Assembly (NCBI GenBank): GCA_028534125.1
Contig: CM052817.1
Coordinates: 54,252,001 to 54,316,000 of the forward strand
Origin: Lama glama
Lineage: Eukaryota
Direction: 5' to 3'
DNA: 64,000 nucleotides
Shown here in pieces: positions 13,200-27,842 of the stretch. Made by a program: the position numbers and the translations under genes. The stretch's first letter is position 1. Each line of letters begins with the position of its first letter. Below the pieces are notes generated by a model. That model did not search any database, was not told where the DNA came from, and worked only from the letters and a program-made list of their open reading frames with translations.

Positions 13200-16100
13200 A
13201 GTAAAGAAATAGAAAGTCTCAGTAAATAAACCTCAGATGTAAAGAAGAGACGAAGAGAAAATTTAGGGCAGAAAAATATAACAACCAAAGTAAAAAAATC
13301 TCAAGTCACAACCTCAAGAGCCAAATGGAAAGGACAGAGAATAGAATCAGTTAACTTTACATTGAACAACAGAACTACCGAATTTAAACCAAAGAGGAGA
13401 AAAATATTTTTAAAAATAATTGAAAAGAACCTCAGAAACTATAGTAAAATATATACCACTCCTGCTCTGATAGGCACAAAATGGACCCCATCAAAGACCC
13501 ACAAAGATGTCCACGTACCAGTTGTTGAAATCTGTGAACATGTTACATTATAGGTCAAGAAAAATAGACTTCAGGAATCACAGAGAAATAAAAACATCTT
13601 CAGATGAAATAAAATTAAGAAAATCTGTTGCTACAAGACCTATTCTAAAGAAAGCAGTTCGCTAAACTGAAATAATAAAAGTAGAAATCCTCAATTATCA
13701 GGAAAGATAAAATAATACAGTAACAAAAAAATAAGGGTGAATACGATAGACTTTCCTTCTTTTTTTTGAGTTTTCTAAATTGTATTTGACATTAGAAGTA
13801 AAACTTTCACACTGATGTGTTTCTGAATGGATGTAGAGAAAATAAGACAACAATATTCTAAATGAGGGAGGGTAAGGGGATGATAAAGAAGATAAAGGTT
13901 CCACACTTCATTTGTACTGTGACATGTTGACAACAGTAGGCTAGGATAAGCCATTTATATGTAATGTAATACCTAAAATCTACCATATAAAAGCACCAAA
14001 AAATTAAGTCCTAACATATTAAAGTATTAAGTATCAGTATTAAATGTAAATTCACACCAAATAAAAGACAAAGATTTAGCATATGGTATCTAAAAGAATC
14101 TCACTTCAAATACAATGATATAGGCAAATTGAAGTAAAACAGTGGAAAGGCAAGATTGGCTACATTAATGTCATATAAAAAAGGCTCTAGAGAAAGGAAA
14201 TTATCATAAGCAGAAAGGGACACTATAAAGATAAAAGGGTCAATCCAGTGAGAAGATACATCAGTCCTAAATGTGTGTGCATCAAACAACAAAGCTGCAA
14301 AATATGTGAAAAACTGTTAGAACCAAAGAGAGAAATAAAAAAAAAATCCATAATTATAGTTAAAGACATCAAGATCTCATTCTCAATAATTGAAAAGACA
14401 AACAGCAAACAAATAATCAAGGATATAGAAAAACTCAAAAACAACAACAGTCATCAGACTCTGAATGATACTGTAGAACACTGAACCCTAAAACATCAGA
14501 ATATATATTCTTTTTAAGGACCTGCAGAACACACACACAGGTGGACTATACCCTGGTATATAAAATAAGCATCAACAAATTTAAAACAATTGAAATCATG
14601 CCGAGTGTACTGACAAAATGGGATCAAACTAAAAATCAATGACAAAAATGTAAATGGGAAATCTTTGAACACTAATATAAACAACATACTTCTAAATAAT
14701 CAAGTTTCAAGAAAAATTCAAAAATTTAAAACACACCAAAATTTGTGGGACAGAGCTAAAGCAGTGCTAAGAGACAAATTTTGAGTACTAAATGCATATT
14801 TTAGAAAAAAAAGAATAATGTAAATGGATAATCTAAGCTCCCACCTTTGGAATCTACAAAAAAAAAATGAGCAGAACAAACTCATAACATGAAGGAGGAA
14901 GATATAAGAGATAAAAGCAGAAATCAATGAAATTTAAAGCAAACAAATTAAAAAAAAACAGAAAAATCAACAAAAAAAAAAATCTTCTTCTTTGATACAA
15001 TCAATACAATTGACAAATTGCTAGCAAGACTAACAAAGAAAAAAAAAAACAGAATACCATAGCTGAATACAGTTGAACATCAGTCATGAACATATACACA
15101 AAAATTCTTAACAAAATATTAGCTAATAAAATTCATATAAATAAGTGAATTACACACCATGACCAATAGGAGCTCATTCCACTGATGCAGCATTGGTTCA
15201 GTATTCAAATCAATCAATATAATCAATTAAGAAATGCTAAAAAAGAAAATCGCATGATCATATTGATCAGAGCACAAAAAGGATTTTACAAAAGCCATCA
15301 CCCACTCATGGTTAAAACTCACTGAAAACAAACAGGCATATAGGGGATATTCCCCAATTGAACAAAGGGCGTTTTTTTTTTTAAATGATAACTAACATTA
15401 TACTGAACGGTGAAAGACTAACTGATTTCCTCCTCAGATCATGAATGCCCATTCTCACTAGTCTTGTGTTGCTAGAATAATTAAGTCTGTCTGCCACAGG
15501 GAGAGGGATAACCACATCAGTCACTGAGAAAGAACAGACCAGGACAAATACACCCAACTAGTTTTTGATAAATCTGCAGATGCAATTCGACTGAGGAGTG
15601 AGCCTTCTCAACAAATGTTATGGAAGCAAATGAACATGCATAATCAAACAATGAATCTTGATCCAATTTCACATCTTACAAAAATTAAAATAGATCACAG
15701 ACTTAAACATAAAACAATATATAAATATAAACATAAAACAAAAAACAATAAAAAAATTTAGGGAAAATCATAGGAGAAAATCTTTGGGCTCCAGAGCTAA
15801 AGACTTCTTACACTTGTCACCAAATGCGTGATCCACAGAGGAACATTGATCAATTAAGACTTCACCACAATTAAAAGTTTTGGATGAGAGGAAAATATTT
15901 ACACCACATATCAGAAAAAGGAGTGGTATCTGGCATATATAAAGAATGCTAAAAACTCAATAGCAAAAAAAAAAATTTCTCATTAAAATACTGACAATAG
16001 ACATGAACAGACATTTTACCAAAGACGATACAAAGGTGGCAAAAAAGCACATGAATAATGATCACCATATTAGCTATCGAGGAAATGCAATTTAAAGCAG

Positions 16101-16800
16101 CAATACAGTATAACTTCACACATATCATAATGGTAAATAAAAAATAACAACAACTACTAAATGAGCACAGACACAAGCACTCATACATTGCTGAATGGAA
16201 TATAAAATGGTACAGTGGGAACAATTTAGCAGTTCTCAAAAAAATTAAATATACAATTATTATATGACCTAGCTATTGCACTCATGTATATTATTTTTCC
16301 CAGAGAACAAAAACATATTCACATAAAAATCTATACATAAACTTTCAGAGCAGTATTATTCATAATCACCAAAACCTGGCTTGTCTTTTGAAAAAAGTGA
16401 ATAATTAAGCAAATTGTGGTACCAAGAATACTATTCAGTAATAGAAATGAATGAACTATTGATACATGTAACAACCTGGATGAATCTCCAAAGAATTAAA
16501 CTGAGTGGGAAAAAAAAATCCCCAGAGATTACATACTGTATGTTAAGGATGGGGTGAGGTTTGGAGGGAAATAGATGTGGCTATACAATGGTAACAGGAG
16601 AAATCCTTGGAGTAATGACAATATTCTGTATCCTGACTGTATCAATGTCTTACCTTATTTAGAATATTCTACTGTAGTTTTGCTAAGTATTACCAGCGGA
16701 GAAAATTTAGTAAAAGGTAAAAAAAATCTCTGTAGCATTTCTTATATGTTAATCTAAATTTAGCAATAAATTTCATATATAAAAAATTTAATTCAAAATT
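13200..16800 (+). mobile_element. Old L1 (L1MC/L1MD-like), internally deleted, with ORF1, ORF2 and 3'UTR remnants
   Basis: ORF 14248-14484 is a decayed L1 endonuclease segment (KREIKKKSIIIVKDIKISFSIIEKTNSKQIIKDIEKL). RT and C-terminal remnants lie at 15050-16350, and the 3'UTR has tattctgtatcctgactgtatcaatgtc...tactgtagttttgc. Confidence 0.9.
13468..13560 (+). mobile_element. MLT1 (D/E-like) LTR 5' fragment inside the L1
   Basis: caaagatgtccacgtacc...ctgtgaacatgttac matches the MLT1D/E start. Confidence 0.7.
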
Positions 16801-17934
16801 AAATTAAAAAGTAAATATTAAAATTTGTTTGAAACAATGTTCACTTATAATCCTCTACTACAAGGTCTTAGTTAGGGATTGTAACATGGAATAATGAGAC
16901 ACTATCATTATTTGCATTTGTGAATTTGTAGTTAATACAAATGTGATCAGGTTTTCCAAATAATTTGCAAAAAGACATCAAAAATTTGACCTAAATAATA
17001 AAATGTTCAAACATTTACTAAAGTGATTAGTCAAGTAAATCTTAGGGAAATTGTGTATCCTAATTTCCAGCACTTTTTGCATACATACTCAACTGTTTAT
17101 TAGTTATGCATATAAAACTTAACCACTATTTCAAAATGGAAACATTTCATATTTTCTAATTTTAAGTTAAATAAGAGTAATTGTATACTTATGTGATTAC
17201 TTAACTAATTCTAGCAGATTATTTTGAATGGACAAATTTCAAACCATTGTTTTGTAAACTGTAAAAGTAAAAATGTTTTGTATCATTCTTTTAGAATGCA
17301 AATACAACTTCAGTTACTTTTGTCTCTTCCTTTTTACATACTACTAAAAATTCTATGAAAATTATGAATTCAATAAAATAATAATTCAATAAAAAGCTAT
17401 TTTACTTTTTAGTACATTTTAGATTCTAAACATTGTATACTATGGAAATATTAAAAGCTAGTACATATATTTAATACATTTGAGGTATTTGAAATTTCTT
17501 AAAATGAAGTTAATATATCAAATTATTATAAATATATAAGAATATTTTAATGTGGGTATTTTATAATATTTTATATTTTTTTATTATCTTACAAAACATT
17601 ATCAGACCCAAAGCTCCTGTCATAGGTTGCAATTTGTAATATAACAATAAAATATTTTTTCAAATTATACACTGATAAACATTTCACACACCACTTAAGA
17701 TGTATGGAGAATCTTTTCCCAAGATATTAAAGAAAAATTTGTTTGAAATATCACAAAGCTTACTAATAAAAAAAAGTTTAGTTGCAGTAATGTCATATCT
17801 TCTTTTAAATCATTTTCCTTGAAAACCCAAAATATTTGAGAGAATGCATTTCAGATTAACAGAATAAATAAAAAGACTACCTTAAAAAATCTAATCTTTC
17901 ATCTTAATATATATTAGAGTGAAATAAGAATGTA

Positions 17935-18260
17935 AAATCTCACTAATCATCAGGGAAATGCAAATCAAAACTGCAGTGAGATGTCATCTTGCACAAATCG
18001 AATGGCTACTATCAAAAAGACAAGAATAAAAAAGGCGTTGGCGAGGATGTGGGGAAAAGGGAACCCTTGTGAATTGTTGGTGGGATGTAAATTGGTGCGG
18101 CCACTATGGAAAACAAAATGGAGGCCCTTCCTCAAAAAAGTGAAAATAGAACTACTACATAGTCCAACAATTCCACTCTGGTTATTTAGCACAGAATACA
18201 AAAATGCTATCTCAAAGAGATATATGGACCCTCATGTTCATTGCGGCATTAGTTACAGCT
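17935..18260 (+). mobile_element. L1 ORF2 C-terminal fragment (L1MA-like)
   Basis: ORF 17981 reads RMATIKKT...GCKLVRPLWKTKWRPFLKKVKIEL...PTIPL, the L1 ORF2 Cys-rich domain. Confidence 0.9.
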
Positions 18261-19394
18261 TCAATTTAATTAAACAATCATTCATTTCGGGTCAATTAAT
18301 GTATTTGAATATTCTCTCCAGTCCATTCTATGCTTAATGCTGTGTTTTACCTCTTGTTTGAGGCTGGCATGGGGGGATACTTTCAGAGAGTTATGAGACC
18401 TCTTTTGGAGAATCAACAAAACTAAATCAAATTTACTAAGAAAGCATTATAACTGTTAAATGATGATGTAAGCACCATATCCACAATTTATTTCTTAAAT
18501 TTAGAATGCTGTCCCCAGCCTCCACTCAAAATTTATCAAATACTAGGACAAGTTTACTGGGAAACATAACACTTCAATGGATTCCTAAGCTGAGTCAGGC
18601 ATCCAAATCAGTGCTCTCCGAACATCCTCTACATGGCTCTTTCATAGGACTTAGCCCCAGTGAATGGAAATTATCCAGTTACCTATCAGTATCTCTGGCT
18701 AAACAGTGAGCTTTTTGAGACAAGCTATCACAGCACCTAGTTAGCTGGGGTGAAGTTACCTTTGAGAAGATATCTTACCCAGAACTAAATTTGTGTTTAT
18801 TAAATGAATAAATAAGGGTTAATAAACTCATAATATTTAATCTAAAAAATAAGAAAAGTTTTAACGACTTTATATTTAAATCCTTTCAAAAGTTGGTTCT
18901 CATTTTAAAATAGAATTATCACTTCATTAGCTGAGTTTATGTGATTTTTCTTGGTAAAATCATTACATTCGAAAGTGTTTGGGAAATCTCTCAAATCTCC
19001 CAAGTATTTCCTGACATCCAGTAAGTTAAATATAAGCAGTCATTCCCACAGCTCAGCTTAAGATGTACTTGAAATTTCTGACAGGTCACAAACTGCGGAG
19101 AAAAAAATTTAAAAATAAGGTAAAGAATATTGATACTTTTCCCAACAAAAGATAAAGACTGAAAGCGCTATTAGCCAAAACTGTATGTAAAAGTACAGAA
19201 ATATCATTAACGATTCAAACCTAGAAGTTAAATATTGCTCTTAAGTAGGAACATGGGTCATACAATGTTTGAAACAGTCAGTCATCCATATACGAGCTAA
19301 ATAAAAACTTGGCAAGCTATTTAAGAAAGAGTCCTGCTTATTCTGTTACAGCATAATCTCTACAGAGGAAGGAGAGTTGACAAATTATTATTAC

Positions 19395-19737
19395 TGACAT
19401 CACTTGCCTCTTGATATAATGCACTGAGAACACCATATCATTTCTGTGACATTTCTGTCAAAAACGCCTAACATGAATCCCATCATGAGAAAACATCAGA
19501 AAAACTCAAATTGAGGGACATTCTATAAAATAACTGTCTTACACTATTCATAATTTTCAATGTCATGAGATGCAAAGAAAGACTGAGAAACCACTCAGAA
19601 AAAAAAAAAAAGAAAGAAAGAAAGAAAAAAGAAACTAAAGAGGGATGACCACTGAATGTAATGCATGATCAAGGATTTTCTTTTGCTATCATGGACACGA
19701 TTAGGACAACTGACAACAACTGAACAAGACTTATAAA
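19395..19737 (+). mobile_element. L1MC-type 3'UTR fragment
   Basis: catgagaaaacatcagaaaaactcaaattgagggacattctataaaataactg is typical of L1MC3/4/5 3' ends; it probably resumes at about 19930-20045. Confidence 0.75.
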
Positions 19738-19905
19738 CAGGGCTGGCTTCATGGGCATGCAAGCAGTGCAGTCACAGAAGCCCCATGCTCAAAAGGATCA
19801 ACATTTGGAGTTAAATGCTCTTCTGTAGTCATCTTGAAATGCTTCACAGTTTTATCTCTGCATTTGTAATTTTGCGTGTGAAGCCTGGTGGGATGACAGA
19901 GCACA
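19738..19905 (+). mobile_element. hAT-Tip100 (Zaphod/MER91-like) left end
   Basis: cagggctggcttcatgggcatgc...gtgcagtcacag...gtcatcttgaaat matches the recalled Zaphod/MER91 terminus. Confidence 0.75.
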
Positions 19906-22900
19906 TATCTCCACTGTGTTAAAAAATGGTGGTCTTTTTTTAGCAATTGTAGTAACAGGTAAAATTTTAATATTTGGGGGAATGTAGTTGAAGGATAGAC
20001 AGAAAAATTTTGTATAATTTGCAAGATGCAGTATGTCAAATAAAACGAAGAAAAAAATCCTACTTAGCTCTCAATACTACTCATTTTTATAATCCAGGCT
20101 TAATGGATTATCAATATTAAGTTATGAAAAAAATGTTATTGTAAACACCAAATCTTTTAAAGCAATGAATGACTAGAAACAAGTATCTTTTAGAGTTTCA
20201 ATTTTTTCTTCCCTTATATTGGCCAAAATCCTGATTTAGGCTTTTTTTCTCCCCCACAAAAGAATATTACACCACACATACACAGACAGAAACCACACAC
20301 ACTTATCTGGTTAACTGTTGTAAAATCTAGTATATCTATACTCTTGGACAAAAATGTAACCATAATGCGTTATCTCTATTCCCCCCATTCTGTGATCTCT
20401 TAATTAAATTCTGAATAAGTTTGAATTCTATAAAAAGTTAAATGTTCAAAAAGTTCATTTAAAAATGTCAGGATAAGATATCTTTAAAAGTAAGGTGCAG
20501 TACATCATGAGTAATATTTTTATTTTAATAATAAAAATCAAACATGAAAACCAGTACAGTTATTTTTATAGTCCTAGTAAAGATATATGATTCATGTTTA
20601 CAAGTCATTTAAAAAAGTAAGTATAGCATACTTTCTGGTTCAATTTTTGGTTAAAAGGGCTTATGGCAATATTCTGTTTTTAGGTATTGCCTAACAAGAA
20701 AAAAAAATGAATGAGGTGACTCTGTGTGTAACTGAAACATTTAGACCTCTACACCATTTGTATTTTTTGGATGCCTTTCTTTCATTTGTGTCAAAAGACT
20801 GTGACTTAATTAAGGTTATCACAATGCCTAATATTCCAGAAATATCAAAAAAGAAAATAAATTCTATGTGTCCTGCTTGATAAATATGACAAGGAAAAGT
20901 TTGGGAAGAGACATAGTTGTCATAAAATTCTTTAACAAAATGGGAATATTTAGTGACTCTTCTCAAAGTATATGTTTGTTTCTATTAAAAGATAGCTGAA
21001 TAAAAAGTAGTAAACCAGGTAGAGTTAGTCTTGGAGCACAGAATGCCATTATCAGAATCCCACAGCCAAAATCATTGTTCTTATGACACATTAAGAGTCA
21101 AGAAGACAAAGTTAATACAGAAATTGCATTATTTAGACTTAAAAGTCAATATATGTAAGCTGAAGAACCAACAACTCTCTTCCTCACTAATGATTATTTT
21201 AAATTAATTTATAAAAATTAATCAATCTATAAAAACAATTTCAATATGCTCAGAAATAAGCTGAACAGTATGTTGGATTTAGCAAGAGGCAATACAAACA
21301 CTTTGGCAGCATATAAACTCAGTCTTTTCTTACTGAATTTCCAGGAAAAAAAAAATCAGGCTATCACTCAATTTAGGTTTGAACCTCAGTCTATCTAAAA
21401 CCATACATATTAGTTTTCAGAATTTTAAAGTTCATCATTGCTGATTCTTTTGTAGTTCCCATAAATAAAATAATCTAAGTTAAAAATCAATTGCCAACTT
21501 AAATACTGGTAAGCAGGGGACATTTGCACAAGGCTTAAGACAGAAAACCAGCCTTCAGTCTAAAGTTGGTCCCCATAACAGTGAGAGCTGGAAAATAGAT
21601 GTAGGCTTCTGGTAACCTATTCTCATAAGCAGAGGATGATCAAAATTAATCTCTGTAGAGCTTACAGCCAGGCAAGTCTTTTCAAGCAGGAGAGAAGGGG
21701 AAAAAATGGACAGCAGCTAATACCCCCACGGGCTACAAATACGCAGGTGCAGGGTCAGTAGTTTAAAATAGCCTTCTCATTGGCCAACTGGGGCCCAGCA
21801 AGGGAATTAAGAACCAAAATACGCCTGGCATATTTGGAATTCATTGTAGGCAAAGAGAAGAGAAAATCTACACAAAAAGAACACATACAGCAGAGTACAA
21901 AAGTCAATTTAATGCAATCTTCAAAAGAATATTGCTGGATGTTAAAATTTTGTGACATTTCTGTGAGAACCATAGATCTATCCTATAAATAGTTCTCAGA
22001 CACTTTATTTTAACATGCCTTTATCTTATTTTCTTTTCCTTCTTCTTTCTTCCCTCACCCTCTTTTTCAAAATATGATTTAATAGATTCATCATCATGTA
22101 TATTTAGATAATTATTTTTTGACATACATTCCCCATGAATATACAAAATGTTTGTTATGGGAAACTAATTTATATTTTGAGTTTATGATTTATAAAAGAA
22201 TCCCTTCATTTACTAATTTATTCACTCATTCTCTAATGAATTCATTCATTCAGTTATAGAATCACACATTTATACTCAAGAATCCAAGCCAAAAGAATTT
22301 TTATAACTTTAAATATAAGCATTTGTGAAATTAATGGTAAAGTATGTACATTACATATGAGCTAATCCAGCCTCCTCCATCTCTTGAGATTTGACTCTCT
22401 ATTGCCTTTTCCCAATCCTTCAAGATGGTCTAGAATTATGACAGAGAAACTATTGTTATAGAGCTTTGCTTGGAAGGTAAAACAAGATGCACTGTAAATT
22501 GTATTGGTTTACACAGCTGGCACTTTCTTTTGTTCCTTGTAGACAACTGTAAGACACATCAGGATGTTACTAACAAAGATTGTGAAAGCTTCAAATCTTG
22601 AAATTTGAGGGGTTTATAAGAATATAAATGAAGGGAATTAAAGAGTTAATTACTGTATTTATTGAATTATGCTTTCAGGCTTTGTCCAGATCTTAAAGGG
22701 CTGGGACTACACTCTCACTATGAATTTGAGCAAAGAGAAAATTAATATGTGAAAGACAAGTGACATATCCTGTTCTGCAATATCAAAGCAAATTATTTCT
22801 TAAGCATATTACTTTAGTATAATTCTTCACTGTAGCTTTTTCCATGTGGCTCTAATCTTGGCTTCTTGTTAGAAAAGATTATGTCATATTTTCTTTATTA

Positions 22901-23809
22901 TTAATTCTGCAAAATTATAATGAAGTACTATGAAGTTTTTTGGTATCAGATTTAGGAACTGAATATAAATTTTACCACTGAAACCAAAGAACAGAAATCC
23001 TGCTGAATTACGTATACAATTACCTGCCTAACTTAGAATGATACAGGAATGAAATAAAACCTATACAGATATGACTGAAGTAATCATATCCATAAAATTT
23101 TGTTTTGTTATTTTTAACCTTAGTTGTAATATAAAACCTTACACACTATTTTATGACAGTTGGTTCCATGGAATGATTTGTGGCATACAGCATACTGTTA
23201 TTAGCTAAAGGAAATACCAATGACATCATTTAGCCATTATAGGAGATAAGCTCACCTATCAAAGAACAATACTAACAGTGTTTTATATTTTTACTAACCT
23301 GGCATGTCAAGTAAGTTGCACAGAATATTTTCCTATACAAACACATTATAGTTAAAATATTTGAACCATACCCTTGCCTCTCCAAGTATGAATGTGTAAT
23401 ATTGCAAAGGTTTGTTAACTCCAATGATTCATCAGCCACATTATCTATCCTATTATAGTTTAAAAAGTAAGAAAACGAAAAAAGACTTAAGTCTAACATA
23501 AGACAAATCTGGAAATGACTTTTTTAAAATAGAAGTGGATTATCTATCAACACAGATATATTAAAGATAATTTTAAACTCAATAAAAAAATCTGTATGCT
23601 CACTAGAGGAAAATAATCTTAATGTAATATTATCTTTTCTATCTCCTTTAATAATAATACACCATCTTTAAAATGGACTGGTAGTTCATAGGATCAGCAT
23701 ATAGTCCCTCATTAACATTACAGAAATTAAGTCATCTGACCTGTAAATTTAAACACTCATTAACTCTTATAGGTAGGGTCAAAAGTCACACTAGAAACTA
23801 AAGCAGCAT

Positions 23810-24035
23810 AGATGGAGGTTGTATTGTGTAACACTTTGGTCTCAGCTTGGATTCAAGCTGGCCTTTCCCACATGTTAGCTGTGGGACCATTCACAACTAT
23901 TTTCTCTTCAGTTTTCTCATCCATACCAGAAAGAACAAATAGAATCTGTTCTCACAGAACTGGTGTGAAAACTAAACAAAGTTACATATGCAAATAGGAG
24001 GTGGGCAGGTCCTTCTCAATAAATGTTAACTATTT
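23810..24035 (+). mobile_element. MIR SINE
   Basis: ttagctgtgggacc...cttcagttttctcatcc...ctcaataaatgttaactatt. Confidence 0.75.
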
Positions 24036-25519
24036 TCATTGTTTTTACCATTTCAGTGAATGAAAGAAAAAACTGTTTAGGTTTGTTTATTCCTGGTAAT
24101 ATCTTTGACTCCTCTTCAAATACATTTTGTTGAATGAAATAAAATATGATGTAACCGTAAGTCACATCTGGCAAAGAGTATTTCTGGTAGGCTTAGCATC
24201 GTAGTGTCAAGCAGATGTTGATTTATACAGATCAAAATGCATTCTTTTTCTGCTGTGGCTGACCACGACACTGAGTAATGTTAATTATTTAGAAAGCTTA
24301 GTGTTTGGCGATGTGGAAAACATGTTTTTCATTTAACACAAAGAAGCCTCTCAACATAAGAATTTGGTAAAGTTAGGGTCAAAATCTAAATTTCACTCTG
24401 CATCCCTAAATTTCAATAAATCTGTCTCACACAGTGTTAATATTTACTTAAAATTTTACATACATTTTTTACTTCAGAATTAGGAAGGATTTGAATCAAC
24501 TGAAATAAATGGTATCTTCAAGAATACAATCTGGTGTTCCACTGGGCTTAATGAATAGTTCTCATGCCATGGCAACGCTTCAGTCACTCTTAACGAAAGC
24601 TTTTACTGTCATTATAAATCTCAGATTAAAAAAATAATCTTTTGGGTATTACTATAGATATGCATCTGGACTAGGTAGATCATAACTAATTCAATTAAGA
24701 TGAAGTGCTAGGAGTTTACAAATAGTACCTCTTCCAGAACTGTGCCCATTTACATACAGTAAGAAGAAATGTAAATAGTTACTGTAATACCAAGTGCAGT
24801 TAAGACAGAGTTTCTGACACACATGTAAAAATTCATCAAGGCCTATGAAATTTTATGTTTCCTTTCCAAATGGAATTGTTCATTCACTGTAAAAGCATGA
24901 CTGGTTTTTAATCTGCCAATATTTCTGTATTCTCCATAATGAGCAAGTAGCAGTGGTTCCAAAGACACCTGATGTCTGCATTCCCTCCCCAGTTAATTCC
25001 ATCTCTTTCAGAAGGAGTTACTATGAAAACTACCCAAATTCAAGTCTGGGAAATAGTTTAGCAAAAAAACAGGTCAAGTGGAGTACACTGTAAGCATACT
25101 CACCATCTCTTATTTACATCTTAGTTGTCTGTATACTTGTCTATCATCATTTTCTATGTTATTCTCGTGAACAGTTCATATTAAACTACGAATATACAGT
25201 ATCAAGATTTTTATATTTCAGAGTGGCAATAAAAAATTGATAGGATTGAAAGAGAGTTTCCACTTCTTAGCTGTAACACCTAGCTGAGGCATTCTCTATT
25301 AATAAACAGTAAAGGGAGGATAAAGAAGTGTTAAATGATATGATTCTAAACTTTTTCAGATAAGTTGTTTCAAATACAATTAAATAATCACTATAGAACA
25401 TGGATTTATTCTTGTACCTCTGCAGGCCAGTAAGTAAGCTGCAATTGAAAGAGAAAGATACTATTCTTCTCACAGTAACTGAGCAGGAAAGACTGCAGAA
25501 CCAAGCTCCCTACGGGGAC

Positions 25520-26250
25520 AAGGCTTTTTTTCATAAGATGCTTCCTTTCTCTGGAACATTCCTCTTCAGTCCCCAGGGACGCCTTCTCTGAACCTAAGTT
25601 AGGTTTTTTATTATATATTACATCATGGACTTTCTTATTATAATGGTCTCAAAAATACTGTTCTTTCCCTTAGAGAGGTTATTTCAGTTTGCTATTACAC
25701 ATTAGTTAGTGAAATTTCTCAAGTAATGTCTGTCTCTGCCAATAGACTACAAACACCATGGTACCAGGAACTCGCTAATATATATCCAGTAACTAGAACA
25801 GCCTGGCACAGAGTAGTTGTTAAGGTGTAAGTTGTGTCCCTCCAAAATTCATATATAATTGTATTTGGAGATAGAGCTGCTAAAAAAAGTAATTAAGGTT
25901 ACATAAGATCATGAGGATGAAGCCCTGATCTGAAAGGATTAGCATCCCTTTAAAAAGAGACACCAAGGAGCTCACTCCCTCTCTCTCTGCAAAGGTGTAC
26001 GCAGGAAAGGCCATGGGAGGACATTAAGAAGATAGTCATCTGAAAGCCAGGAAAGGAGTCCACCTCAGGAACCAAACAGGTGCCGAGAGATGGGACTTCT
26101 AACCTCTAGAATTGTGAGAAAATTATCTTTTTTATTGTTTAAGCCACCCAGACTATGGTGTTTTGTTGTGACAGTCTGAGCCAACAACTAAAAAAAAGTG
26201 GGCAACTTAAAAAAAAAAAAAGTGCTGAATGATTAAATAAATGAATGAAT
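25520..26250 (+). mobile_element. L2 3' end, interrupted by an MLT1A LTR
   Basis: tgtctgtctc...tagactacaaac...aactagaacagcctggcacagagtag, resuming with the tail tgctgaatgattaaataaatgaatgaat. Confidence 0.75.
25818..26190 (+). mobile_element. MLT1A/MLT1A0 (MaLR) solo LTR
   Basis: tgtgtccctccaaaattcatat...gtatttggagatagag...aattgtgagaaa...ttgtttaagccacccagactatgg. Confidence 0.85.
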
Positions 26251-26980
26251 AAAAGACAGGAAAAACAGGAACAAAAAACCTTTCCTTTCAATTCTTTTTT
26301 TTTTTCCTTGGGAAAGAACAGGATTTAATGTAACTTTTTGGCACTTGCCAGCCTTTGTTCACTCTGCTAAAGGGAGAAAAAGTGACTTATCTAACGGATG
26401 AGTTTTGGAAAGGAAACTGACATACCCGGCTAGTGTCCTTTCCCTCGCCCATCAGCGAACAGTCAGGTACAAGCAGGAAACAGAGATTCTGGTATTTTGT
26501 TCCATCCCATAAACTTGATAGTGGCAGCACCTCACATGAGGAGAACTGTATGTATCCCTCTGAGCTTGAAGCTGCTTAATTCTGGGATGCAACGTTAGGG
26601 AGCCCATTGCAGCTATATGTGTGAGCCACATTCTCCAATCACTTAATTAACATTGTGATCTCCATCGACCCAAATATTTGCCTAGCTCTCACTCTGATTT
26701 AACCTCACATATGGAAGAAACATGCAATTTTAGGGCCCAACAAATCCATGTAGATGATGTTACTATTGTTTCAAAATAGAATGTCTCATCGAATACTCAA
26801 ATCATCCATGGAAATTGATGTAGAATTTTGAAACATAATTTTGAACAAGTGTTTGGTGTTTAAGTACTAATTTTTGACATGCAGGTAGATATAATATTTT
26901 GAATGTCAATAAAGAAACAAACAACCCCTTTACCCCCAAAAAACAAACCAAAAAACAAAAAAATCAGAGAATAAAAAGAC

Positions 26981-27303
26981 CAGGGTTTGGTAAACTACAG
27001 CCCACAAGATTAATCTGCAGCACTCCCTGTCTTTGTACATCCCACAAGCTCAGATTTTTTTTTTTATATTTTGTAATAGTTAAAAGAAAAAGAATATTTC
27101 AAGATGTGAAAATTACATGAACCTCAAAGTTCAGGGCCTACTGAAGTTTTATTGGAACACAGCTATGCTCATTTTTACCATACTGACTACAGCTGCCATC
27201 GCACTATGACAGCAGAGTTCAGCAGTGAGGACAGACACATGTCCTGCAAAGCCTAAGATGTTTACTCTCTGGCCCTTTAGAGAAAAAAGTTTGCTGATAT
27301 CTG
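26981..27303 (+). mobile_element. MER58B-like MITE (hAT-Charlie)
   Basis: Termini cagggtttggtaaact ... aagtttgctgatatctg, with internal aagttttattggaacacagc and gcaaagcctaagatgtttactctctggccctt. Confidence 0.85.
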
Positions 27304-27706
27304 CAACAGATTAATGGTCTGTAAAACAGTTTTTGATTTTAAAGTTTGACTCACTGGCATTCTTCCATGACTAAGTATTCATAGAAAAGTACTTAATCTA
27401 TGTTATTGATTTGAATATATATTACAGGTTTTTGAACTACTTAATGAGAAGTATTAGTCCGGATTAGCATTTTCTCTATTTAGAAATGAAAATGGAGAAA
27501 AATATGTTATTATTTTTACTTATTCTTGTCAAAAATGTCACCAGATCATAAGCTCCTTAAGGCATATAAACTCAGATAATGACGAACTTAGCGTAACTCA
27601 GCTTATAATAGATGCTCAATAAAACACAACTCTAATACAGGAGAAATTCCTTATCTGAGTGGGTCTATTCTGTTTCTACAGCACAAATATTACTCTGTCA
27701 TGCTTT

Positions 27707-27758
<52 letters not shown>

Positions 27759-27842
27759 TTTATATATACATTTATATATATATATACACACACACATTTA
27801 TATATACATTTATATATATATAAATGTCTCTATATATATACA
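27707..27842. repeat. Compound (TA)n/(CA)n microsatellite
   Basis: Directly visible, with a duplicated sub-block cacacatttatatatacatttatatata. Confidence 0.95.
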
